A stretch of 56,205 nucleotides of DNA, filler included, from Dugesia japonica (Eukaryota): the NCBI GenBank assembly GCA_001938525.1. It is 5 parts of 5 records of this genome, joined end to end, with 100 filler letters (N's around TTAATTAATTAA, not from the genome) between each part and the next. Parts side by side here need not be neighbours in the genome. Positions count along the whole stretch, not along the records: positions 21,681 to 35,670 come from MQRL01487508.1; 4 more parts are not named here. One strand, written 5' to 3'. Below the pieces are notes generated by a model. The model saw only the letters and a list, made by a program, of their open reading frames with translations. It ran no database searches and was not told the DNA's origin. The position numbers and the translations under genes are program-made. This document shows positions 23,975-35,610 of this stretch, one piece after another (the first letter of the stretch is position 1; the number at the start of each line of letters is the position of its first letter).

Positions 23975-26900
23975 GTTAGATGATTACAAATTCGAAATTG
24001 AATATGTATGACATAATAACCCGAAGGTAATTCCGAAACGATTAAAGCTATCACTAAAGGGATTGACAGTACGACACTTGAAAGAAGCCATTAACGAAAT
24101 AAAATGGGCGAATTAGACGGTATCAAATGTATAACGGTAAACCCGTTTCTTGATTTACCACCGTTTACCGATCAACATCAGTGGAATGGAAAGTGGAACA
24201 GGCATAGATTGCAAATAGGTAATATAGGAATCAACATTCTTCCCGATGATAAAAATCTAATTTACTACGGGGCACGACCCCATGAAACAACAGTAATAAA
24301 ATTGATAAATCGTGGTTTGGTATTCAGACCACAGATAGTAATTCAAGAAATAGAAACTGATGAGTTATATCATAATCTCGAAGAAAAATTTTTTAAAGAA
24401 ATCGTTCCCACCACGGCTCAAAACTACTTACGAAAACGATTCGAGAAGGTGAGAGTGATGAACTATCCGGACATGAGACAAAATGAAGCATCACGATTAT
24501 CGCTAGCCCAAATTGATGAGATACTAATAGCCTCCAAGAAACTCCATTATACAATTAGGAGGGAAGTATACCTACAGTTGACTAATCGATTGGTAGAGTT
24601 ATTGGAAGTTATAAAATTGGTCACCGATTTTGAAAGTGATTAGACAGAATGGTTACCAGTACATTATGATTGGGTAATAGCCAACATGGGATTATCAGAT
24701 TACCAAGTATTGTTGTATAACCCAGAAGGAAATAAGAAACTGACACTCGCAGGATTAATGGTGGAAGATCTAGAATTAGCACTGAATCGAGCAGGCCATC
24801 CAAATATAACAGATAAGTTCGTATGTACTTCAAGTGCTATAGTAAATTTTAACGCCAGAAAAAGCCATTTGTACGACTTTGGGGTAAATCGAAATCGTAA
24901 TATTGGATAAACACCCTGGTATCGACTACGACGTATGGGTAACGAAAACTGGAAGATCGGCACTGAAAATCATGGGGAAATGGAATACCTATATAAACAA
25001 GAAGTAGAACCTATCAAAACAAAGATACTTTCCACGGTACTGGGAAAGAAGGACAAACTGACAAAGGAGGAAAGGAAGCAGTTATTGATGACGCGTAACG
25101 ATTTCCTCAAACAAGGATTCGAGAGAAAAGAGGGTAAATGCAAAATGATAAGGATGCGGCAAATGCCGTTAAGGGAAGTAGTAGTGATGCGTAAAGTGGA
25201 GGAAATGATTAACAAAGTACAGGTAGAGAAGGAAATGTTACCCCGAGAAACATATTGATGATATATAACGGGTTGGAAATACCGAAAGAAATTGAGGATC
25301 AATGGCTCATGATTAAACAGTAGTATGCCGAAGAAATATTGGCAACGACCAAAATTCAGGACTATAAACTATATTTGAATATAGTTTAAAATGAACAAGA
25401 AATGACTAAGTACAGCCACCTAAGGCCACAAAGAATAACCATAATGGATCTGGCGGATGCCATTACCGATTAGTGGCAAGAGTACGGATTAAACATGGTA
25501 CCTCTATTCATAAACAGCAAATTGGTCGCGACGGATGACGAGGACAAACACATTCCAATGCCATGCAAAACCCAGAGAAATATGCGAATTAGATGTAGAG
25601 GAGGAGCCGCAGATAGCCCAGTCACCAGAACTTGAGGATCGAATGGAAGAAATAACGGAATTATACGTGTCCGAGGTTCTGACGGGTATTAAGTAACAAG
25701 TAAAAGAAAACCAGAAAAAACAGAATATTGATAACCTACCAATAATTACCACAAAATCAGTTGAATTTCCGGAAGGGACGCCGACAATACGTGATATTCG
25801 GATGAACTACACGAAACCTATAACGGAGGAATCCGCCACGTTTCACGCTATCAAGATCTACTAAGAGTAACACGAGAAACTCGACCAGTAGTGAATATCA
25901 ACGTATATTGGAAAATGATGAATAACCTACGAGATTTGGCAATCTATGGACAACTCAGTTTGTGGGCCAGAGCACAATGGTGGAAAGAGAAAAACCTATA
26001 TGAAGAGGAAGTACAAAATACATCCGCTATATCTGACTATTCTGTCAGAGTGAGATACCTCAGCAAAGAATGAAGTATGAAGAAAGTAGATATGATAACC
26101 CTAGAAGGATTAACTATCCGCCATATCAGAAAACCAATCAAGAAATGGTTATGGCCAAAATCAATCAAGTCATATAAAATGCAGGCGGGAGCAACAATGA
26201 TCATACTAGCCAAAAAAGAAGATCACATCTTCCTGTACGATATTAAACCAGGAGAAATCACGGAAATTAAATTATCCCCGCGGAAAATGACAATAGACTT
26301 TCCGATACCAAAAATGCCGGATACAGATCAGCTTATATTCAACATGATGAGTCTTTATATACAGGAAATATTACCAGTGAAAAACGAAGTGAAAAAAACA
26401 CGTTTGGAGAAAATAAAGTGCAAGTAAACATGGTTAGGAATAATAATTTCAAAACCACGGTCATGGTATCAGACGAGGATGAGGAGGAGGAAGAAATCGT
26501 TGAAGACACAGTCAAACCAAGACTATTACCATTTAAACAAGAATTCGTTACCCCTTTTAGTTCCCCTCAAGCAAAACGTATATCAAAGATAATCTCTGAT
26601 TTCTGGTATTTTCTGGAAAGAATACCTAGGGCACCATTTTGAAAGGCATTAAATTTGTTGATGGATTTGTCGAAATATACCAAAATAGCAAAAGAAGAGC
26701 GCGACAAATGAGAATTAGTGCTCAAGCCGTATATTGGTGCAGTTAAGACAAGGGAGAGGATTTCCAGGTCACTATAGAATATCAGACACCGAGTAAAAAA
26801 CCCAGAAAGGAACCGAAATTGGCTCTAATGCATATACCACATTTCAATAGTACATTAGCTTTGGAATTACAGTAAATTATAGAATCACTGGATATAGCTG

Positions 26901-28285
26901 ACCAACATAAAGGCTATATAATCACCAGCGACCATTTGAGATTCCCTATAAAGCTCGAAGGGAAACAACATTTAATGGACATAGGATTAATACCAGGTAA
27001 AAATATCTTTCTCCAAATACAGAAACCGGAAGACTACGCCCCAGGCCCAGTAAAGTACATGGGAGATGTGCTACAACAATTAGAGGATTTGCACGAGCAA
27101 GAAATCAACAGTGGTAAACTGTTTGAAGAAGTCGACGATAGAACAATGGAGATAAATATCGAGTTATGTGAAGACAGTAAAACATGGAGGAGTCTGGCCC
27201 GGGTAATAATGATAATACTACTGACCCTTGAAAAGAATTTAGAATTATTAAGGGATGACACAGTCATACAACTAATCATGAAATTAAATCAGCTACGAGC
27301 CATTAGCCGTATGCTAGGAGACGTAATGAATGCAATATTATATAAAGTAGTTCGAATGATAACTAATGAAGAAGTCGCCTTAATAATCAGATTTCCGGAT
27401 GAAAGTGGAATTCATTGGCAGATCCAAATGAATGATCAATGGTCCAAATTCCGAAAAAGGATTATAAGATTTATGAATAAACAATGTAATCTTTACGAGG
27501 AGGGGACCGGAACACAACCATTATGACAGGAATACGATATAGTACTCTATTACAATCAGGTAATAGAACCAGACCAAATGAGGTTGCCGGTGAAATATAT
27601 GGGAGTTTGGCCAGGTACTAAATTAAAAATCTACGTAACGGCAAAGGAGGAGGAGAGACGGCGACCACGGGTCTCGGAGGAAAAGTGGAAGCAGGAAGCC
27701 AGAGAAGTAGTGGAATGTTATATAGAAGAGATCCATCTATTAGTACTCGCAAGAGCCAAGCTTCCTAAACAAGAACAAAGTAAACAACGAGTGAAGATGG
27801 TAGCAGCTCTGACCAACACACTAATCAAAAATGAGAATCCAGAAGACAATTTACCAAAATTATTCGAATTGCTAGTGGGTGATAAGTTAATAAAGCCACA
27901 GATCATACGTCGATCCAATATAGTCCTACAACACGATCTGGCAGTAGATCTAAGAAAGCTACGACGATTAATTATGGCCGTCAAGGTATCTCATGTATGG
28001 GTTCCGATTCAGCTTAATAAAACTTTGGTTAAATGGCGGAAAGCGGAGATGGGACAAACGACTCCATTAGCAATCAAATTCAGAATAATCAATCCGGAAG
28101 GAGATAGAATTACGGTTAAGATACCAGTATATAATACGGTAAAGCATCTACGAGATAAATTGCCATTTAAGCCACCATATAAACTCTTGGACGAAAATGG
28201 GGTAGTGGACGAAACCACTTCAATTGGGCTAATGAAGATAGATTTAATCAAATCCAATACTTTATGGATTTTCCCAGAATTATGA
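23975..28285 (+). pseudogene. Accessory region with about 7 divergent ubiquitin-like (beta-grasp) repeats separated by helical spacers
   Basis: Recurrent xDYxhxhxY...hxLxGLThRHh...I...DxxLxxYxhxPxxxhxh pattern, e.g. LPDDKNLIYYGARPHETTVIKL, KEDHIFLYDIKPGEITEIKL, LEGKQHLMDIGLIPGKNIFLQ, LPVKYMGVWPGTKLKIYV. Confidence 0.6.
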
Positions 28286-28848
28286 GGTACCCTTACTCGG
28301 AAAGAAGCAGACCCTTATAAAGCAGCAGATAAAACAAGACCAATAATGGGAGAAACCTTAGGGATGTTAAAAGCATATAAACACCGTACACAACTAGTGG
28401 CTAGACAAATATTAAGACTTACAACAGACCAGTCAGGAAGTACAGAAACCTCCCGAGAAACGAAAGGAACCCCTAAAACAACTCAAGATTGGGAACGTGA
28501 AATATTCGGATCCCCATCAGCAGATGAATTAGCAGAAGATGGGAATGAATTGCAAATCACAAGACATTCACCTCCAACGAGAAAAAGTGGAGAACTACAA
28601 GCATATAGCCAACACGAAGCAAAAAATATGATCCTAGCAAGGTAGATTTAGACGAGGAAGATGCATTAGAAGAACAAACATTATAACCAATATTGAGTAG
28701 GATGGCAAAAGAATTGCCATCATTAGTAATGGATGACTTAATGGATACAAACCACCCTTTAGAAATGGAAAATCCTATGGAGACAGAAGAGGAAGAAGTA
28801 CCACCGAAACCAGTGCACACCAGAGTGGATGCAGAAACGATTACTGAA

Positions 28849-28878
28849 CCTAAAAAAAGAGGAAGGCCAAGAACGAAA
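28849..28878 (+). other. AT-hook/NLS motif in a disordered acidic linker
   Basis: PKKRGRPRTK. Confidence 0.7.
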
Positions 28879-29013
28879 CCTCCAGGAAACCTGGAGGAAG
28901 AGGAAGCATTAAAACAAAAGAGACGAGCAACATCAGTAAATCAACAGACGAAGCGAGAATCCAGGAGATGATGACAGACTCATACTGAAGTGGTAATACG
29001 GCAATTATAGCTA

Positions 29014-29388
29014 ATGCTTTATCCAGAGCTAAAGATTTGGATTGGTAAATTTCAACTATCAGATAGTCTCAGACCACTAGCAAAAGAAATAGAAGCAGCC
29101 ATTAAGAAATTTCACGCTACTAAAGGTACTAGTCATGGCACGAGAGACAACTTGGAAGGAGTAATGGATGATTTTTTACAGGATCAGTCAACGAAAGGAA
29201 GAATAGTAGTATCTATAGCCCATTTGATTAATCAAGCACATCTATCAATGGCCAGAAGCAAGCCGTCAAAAAACTTCATTCTAAAGCAGAACAAAATAGT
29301 GCCGTTGATAAAGCATCATGGGGGATGGAAAAAGTTTATTGAGGTCATATGCCATAAGCCTCAACCATCTCATGAAAATGCAACTTGA
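29014..29388 (+). CDS. Bcl-2-family-like domain (part of the decayed polyprotein)
   Basis: BH3-like LSDSLRPLAKEIE, BH1-like LEGVMDDFLQDQSTKGRIVVSIAH, BH2-like LIKHHGGWKKFIE, with family-like spacing. Confidence 0.72.
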   Translation: MLYPELKIWIGKFQLSDSLRPLAKEIEAAIKKFHATKGTSHGTRDNLEGVMDDFLQDQSTKGRIVVSIAHLINQAHLSMARSKPSKNFILKQNKIVPLIKHHGGWKKFIEVICHKPQPSHENAT

Positions 29389-29466
29389 GTAATCAGGATT
29401 GTAAGAGATCAGTTAAATGAGATTGAGAATGGATGGACACGTGGGCCTCGCCGAAATTCATGGTAG

Positions 29467-31480
29467 GCATTAACAACTACAATACTCTTATTATTCTTAT
29501 TGATGGGCAGAAGTGAAGCCATATTAGCATATGGCTGCGATATGATGCAAGTTGGGAAGGAAGTATTCTCATTAGTAGATACTGAAGAATGTCCGTACGC
29601 GAACCCAGAAAAAATTTCACTCCGAAATAATTCCGTGTACCACCTGTATCAGGAGTCGGATTATTATAAGGCCCAAGTACGCGAATGTATAGTAACAATA
29701 AAGACGTTCATATTCCATTGTGGTTACCACAGTTACACCTCAATAATTGATCCAGGAATGGTAAAACCTCGTACATTTAACGGGACAACAATGTGACGAA
29801 GGATTCACTACAGGTAAAATTACCATCAAACATGGGACTCAAGTTGTCGCCAAAAGGGACATGTAATCGACCAACCAATAGAAGCAGCAGGAAGCATATC
29901 CTAACATATAGACAACTGTGAATATGGTACCTACACTATACGAAGAAAAGTACGGCAGTATGCGGTGGCAATCGAAACTTATACAGTGGAGCTCAAGGAA
30001 TACGAAGCATTCTTTGATGCACAAGATCTGAAAATGAAAGGAAGATCGTATTGTAAAGCAGCGGACGGATCATGTAATACAGGTACATCAACTCTAACAT
30101 ACAAAATAGACCACGAGGACTGCAAGCTAGCTCATCTAAAAGAGGCACTGTCCAATGAATACCAAGGACAGTGGGCTATAGCACCTATTGACCAATCTCC
30201 AAAAAAAGGTAATCTAAAGGATAGAGGAAACGATAAGATAAGGCCCAAAATCATACGATTATCAATGGCACGCAACTCCCACGATGCTAATGTCCTCAGA
30301 ACAGGATGAGACCATCCGCCTAATTAAACGAAATTCTATGTCAAAATGTGGACAAATAGTGTATAAAACAAACTATAAAGGAATATTCGTATCAGAACAT
30401 CGAATGAAAACCCCACAGGCCGCAGTAATGTCACAAGATATCAAATTACATCTATATGCCAATAATAAAATGGACAACTTATTCCACCGGATGCAAAATA
30501 ACATCGGACGAATGTACCACGATCTCATACAAAATGAGTGCAGGTTAAATAAGAAAATACTGAAGACAAAGTTAGCAATGGCGGTTACGAATCCAGATAG
30601 TGTCACCCCACTAATTCCCTTGAAAAAAGGACAATTTGGTCTAGTACTAGGAGAAGTAATGTACCTATATTACTGTAAGGCCGTAGATGCAGAGTTTTCG
30701 TCCAATTCAAAACATTGCTATAATGAAATAGAAATTATCCATAACAATGAAAAACGTTATGTACAACCAATTACTCGAATAATATCACCACTGGGTTATA
30801 GGCCGAATATCATAAACTGCTCCAATGTATTTGGACCACAATACGTAATGACAGACGTGCCATGGATAGGATTTCCACAACGTATGGCAGTTGGAGTTGA
30901 GCCAAGAAAATTCTCAAAGTTATGATTTAATGGCGGTATGCAGTTTTCTCCGATTGATGTAAATAAAGGCGGAATTTACAGCAGGGAAGATCTAGAGAAA
31001 TCTAGGGAATATATGCTGTTTCCAGTCTGAAGAATGCAAATTCTATCAAATATAGTACAATTAACCTGTGGAACAAACATAGACGGGCGCGTAAATTATG
31101 ATGCATTATTGTCACCCGATCATTTCCAGAAAGCCACGGAAAACGTCATGCGGAAAATGTGGGGCTGATTTATACTATTTGGTCAGGCAATGGCAGGATT
31201 GCTGGGAGTGATTTTGATAATTTCAGGAGCACGAGTAGTGATTACCCAATTGTTTGCATGTTTCGACATATACAAAAGAGAAAAGAAAGTGAATTAGAAA
31301 ATGCTAACCGGAATATTCCCATTCTTAGCCAAAACCATGGTGCTTAATAGCCACTCAAAAGAGATTGACAGGGTAAAACGATATATCCGTAAGCTCGGGC
31401 AAAAAAGAGGATCGGACAAGAAGGTTATAATGCAACTTCGATTGTTGTGTGAAGAAGAAAATATTGTATTTTAGCCAACT
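29467..31480 (+). pseudogene. env: Envelope glycoprotein, chuvirus G-like (class III fusogen type), with frameshifts and stops
   Basis: Signal ALTTTILLLFLLMGRSEA, then ILAYGC..FSL..EEC, LYQESDY..VRECIVTIKTFIFHCGYHSY, LYANNKMD, MYHDLIQNECRL, GEVMYLYYCKAV, CYNEI, YVQPITRII, GGIYS; C-terminal TM near 31160-31270. Confidence 0.85.
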
Positions 31481-31974
31481 CAAAAACAAAGGTTTAAGTA
31501 CAAAAGTGAAAGTAGCAGCAGCAGCGATGATGATAGAAAAGAGAGCAGTGGAACGCCACATTTACCCAGTTATAAAACCGCCATGGAATACGATGCGAAG
31601 TTTAAAAGACAACAATATGAAAGAATCAGTAAAATGCAACGACTAAGAAATGCATAAAAATTCGTAGGAAATGAAATTACACCAGCACCAGCACAAATGT
31701 ACTACAACGCCTATCCACAACATGGTTGGCAACCCATGAATCAACAGCCACAACAGGTATGGGCACCAGGTCTCATGTACAACACTCCTTATATGAGTCC
31801 ATCACAAGCTCCTAATATGGCATTATTAACAAAAAATAATCTAACCACCATTGACAGAAGAACTACGGACCAAAATTTGCGTTCTCCGAATAACCAGATC
31901 ACTGAAAACGATAAATTAGAAACCCAAATCGTATGTATGATGATTTATCAGAAAGCGAAACTACTACAAAAAAG

Positions 31975-32215
31975 GATAAAAATTGACAGAAGATTGGTAA
32001 TAGCAATTATCGATACGGCAGCAAGTACGACTTTAGTTCACAAAAGAATATTAGAAGATTATCGACAATTCCGAATAATCATTACTAAAGGAGTTATCAT
32101 CACGGCTTCTGAAGAAAAGATATCACCTGTCGGGGAAGTAATATGTGCAATAGAAAGTGACGGAATCCGTCTATGGCATAAAGTGCCTACTGGGATTAGA
32201 TCTCTTACCACGTCT
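31975..32215 (+). pseudogene. Aspartic protease domain 1 (DTA variant)
   Basis: IKIDRRLVIAIIDTAASTTLV..IITASEEKISPVGEV..CLLGLDLL (last motif after a frameshift). Confidence 0.8.
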
Positions 32216-32559
32216 ATGCTCAGAGGGAATACTAGATCTGAGGAAACTAACAATACGAGAAATTCACGATCAGGAATACACACCACAAGGTTACTAAAAG
32301 ACCAGGATAATAATTGCACGGAAACGACCAACAAAATGGAATCAAACAACCCCTAACCAACGGCCTCAACTCTCGTCATGCAGGGGTGAACAATATAATT
32401 CGAATCAAGGTCGTCGAAAAACCACCAATACCTCCATTATGATAAGAGACTATTGAATACGGTTTCAGGAACGGGAACCAAGGTGGAAAGAGAAAAAACC
32501 ACAGAATACAAATTATAACCCTTTGGATATGGTGTACGCAGGTCTCGGCGGTGGATCTG

Positions 32560-32840
32560 TGTTAACAATTATAGTTAAAATCAACGGTAGACCTACAACT
32601 GCTTTATTGGATACAGGAGCAACAATCTCGTTGCTATCAATAGAAGAAATCCCGATAACAGAATATAAAACATACTACTCACCAATACCACAGCAGATGT
32701 GGCAAACCGGAGTAGACTTAAAATTTTTGGAGAACTAACATGTGAAGTAGAATATTTGGATAACAAAATTAAGCACAACATGATAATAGTAGAGATGGCT
32801 GGACAGTGCATTTTGGCACGGACATTCTCCCAATTCTGAT
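32560..32840 (+). pseudogene. Aspartic protease domain 2 (canonical DTG)
   Basis: VKINGRPTTALLDTGATISLL..VANRSRLKIFGEL..CI(L)GTDIL with frameshifts. Confidence 0.88.
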
Positions 32841-32939
32841 GAAAAATGGCATATTGAACTTCTCAACGTTACGGTTACAATCTCTGGAGGGATATACTCA
32901 CGTTAAAGATCACGAAGTATTTACAACAGAGGAAATATT

Positions 32940-33800
32940 GGTATGTGTACAGCTACAATGCATACCATTCCGTTAACAGACGAAACCCCGGTTAAACAAA
33001 AACAATATGCAATGACTGTGGAAAAGAAGGAATTTGCAAATAAGGAAACAGCTAATTTAGTGAAAATCGGTGTAATAGAACCCAGCTGCTTGCCATGGCA
33101 GTCCCCAGTGGTATTAGTGGATAAGAAAGATGGGACACAACGATTCTGCATTGATTACCGAAGATTAAATGCACAAACTAAGAAGGACATATATACGTTA
33201 CCAGACATCAATGAATTGCTACAATCATTGTGTAATGCCAAAATATTCACTACATTGGACCTGCGAAGTGGGTATTGGCAGGTACAGATTAAACCAGAAG
33301 ATAGGGAGAAAACAGCTTTTTCTACAGGCAAAGATTTATATCAGTTCATCCGCATGCCATTTGGACTCACTAATGCACCTGCCTCATTCCAGAGGATGAT
33401 GAATTATGTAACACATGGTATCTCGCAATGTATGGCATACATTGACGACTTGCTGATATATTCACTAACGTTTGAAGGACATCTCAATGATTTACATAGT
33501 GTGTTCATTCGATTACGAAAATGGAATTTGAAAGTGTAACTTACCAAATGTGAAGAATAAAGTAACGTATTTTGGTCACTTAATATCCGATAAAGGAAAG
33601 GAGCCAGATCCGAGAAACACCGAGAAAATCAGAAATCTAGCACCTCCTAATTGTGTGCTCAAAATACAAAGGTTTTTAGCCTCGCAAATTACAACCGCAA
33701 ATTTATCAAATACTTCGCAAAGATTGCAAAACATATACAAGAATTGGTCAAACAGGATACCGCATGTATATGGGGACCGGAGCAACAACAAGCATTTGAA
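32940..33800 (+). pseudogene. pol: Reverse transcriptase, Ty3/Gypsy type
   Basis: HTIPL, PWQSPVVLVDKKDGTQRFCIDYRRLN, LDLRSGYWQ, KTAF, RMPFGLTNAPASFQRMM, YIDD. Confidence 0.97.
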
Positions 33801-33819
33801 ACGTTGCGGGACAAATTAT

Positions 33820-34230
33820 TAACTGCACCAATTCTGGTGCATCCAGATTACAAAAAGCCATTTATATTAGCCACTGACGCTAGTGGATATGCGATGGGTG
33901 CTGTATTAAGTCAACTGAATGAACAAGGTAGAGAAAGGGTAATAGTATATTTTAGCATATTTTAGCAAGAAAAAGAGCAGAGTTAAATTACAGCACTACA
34001 GAGCGAGAAATAATGGCTATTATTAAAGCCACTAAACATTTTCGATCACTCATACATGGTCACAAAGGTGTTAATCTATACGGATCACTTACCAATCACT
34101 TTTATGGCTCAGAAACCATTACGATGGAATAGAATGGCAAAATGGCAATTAGCAATGCAGGATTATTGCCCTCTATTAAATTTTAAAACGGGTAAAGCCA
34201 ACATAAATGCCGATTGTCTGTCGAGAATCG
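33820..34230 (+). pseudogene. pol: RNase H
   Basis: APILVHPD..PFILATDASGYAMGAVLSQ, NYSTTEREIMAI, IYTDHLPI, GKANINADCLSR. Confidence 0.95.
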
Positions 34231-34529
34231 GTGGACCAGAAGCTACAGAAAGTACCCCGGAAGATACGGAAACGTTTACAATACGTGAATTATTAGAGAA
34301 AAAAGTGGGGATGGTATACTTCATTTCAGCCGAGGATCAAAATTTTGATGGGCTGAAACAAGCATAGGCTGACGATGAGAAAATCAAGATCATCCCGAAA
34401 TATATTGAAAGTTACAATTTAGAGAAGTTAGACTGCGAAGCCAAAATGAAAGAGCACGTAAAGAAAAACGGCGGTAGTTATGCATTTATCAAAGGATGGT
34501 TGACTGCTCAGGACGGAGAAAATACTGTA

Positions 34530-35610
34530 TTAGTCATTCTTAAAGCAAGACGGGACAAATTACTCGAACAATATCACAATGGAGTACTAGGAGGACACAT
34601 GTCCCATAAGAAAACCGAGTCAAATTTAAGACAGAAATACTACTGACCATACATGACGGAATCAGTAAAGGAATGGATCGCTAAATGTCTGGTATGTGCT
34701 GCCAGAAGAGGAACAGGCAAACGAGTAAAAGCATTATTAAAACCAATTGCCGTCCCCGCAGCACCTATGGAAATAATCGCCATGGACGTAGTTGGACCGC
34801 TATCACCAACGCTGAGCGGGAATATATATATATATATACTAACAATCATGGATTACTTGTCAAAATTTCCAGAGGCATTCACTATGAAAAATCAAAAGGC
34901 AACCACAATAGCAGATATTCTAGTACGAAAATTTTTCAGCAGATATGGCACACTCATGAAAGTATTGAGCTATCAAGGAAAAAACTTTATGAGCAACATA
35001 CTGGCACAGATATCAAGCTTTCTCTGGATACATCAATTATGGACATCGCCTTATCATCCTCAAACAGACGGACTAACGGAACGATTTAATAAAACATTGA
35101 TCAATATGCTGTCTAGTTATGCACAGAAAGAACAGAATAATTGGGANNNNNNNNNNCAGCTATGTCTATTTGCATATCGAATAAATGTGCACCCAGCTAC
35201 AAAATACACTCCATTCGGTCTTATGTATGGCAGAAAGTGTAACATGCCAATTGATTTAGAGTTTTAGCCACCCATAACTCAATACCAAGACGAAACGGAT
35301 TTCGCTGAAAATTTGAAAGAAACTAAGCAGAAAATATGGAAACAGGCCAAGGAGAATGTAGGATTTTACCTAGAAAGCTATAAGGATTTGCACGATAAAA
35401 CTGCAATGCAACATTCATTTGAAAATGAAGACATGGTATTGATCAATTTTTTGACACTCATAGATATTTGTGTTGGCACTAGTTTGAAATAAAAAAGGCC
35501 ATGACAAAGGCCCTACGAAGTAATTGAGGTAACCGAAACCAATCTCAAAGTTCGGAAAAAAGGAAATCTCTTAGTGAAACCTAAAATATACCACACCAAC
35601 TTATGTAAAA
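34530..35610 (+). pseudogene. pol: Integrase (HHCC, DDE core with second D mutated to Y, GPY module)
   Basis: YHNGVLGGH..CLVC, MDVVGPL, DYLSKF, SYQGKNF, PYHPQTDGLTERFN, GPYEVIEV. Confidence 0.96.

Noticed and set aside
22985-33791. Minus-strand ORFs within the giant element
   Set aside because: Antisense shadows of an A-rich coding strand; no motifs.
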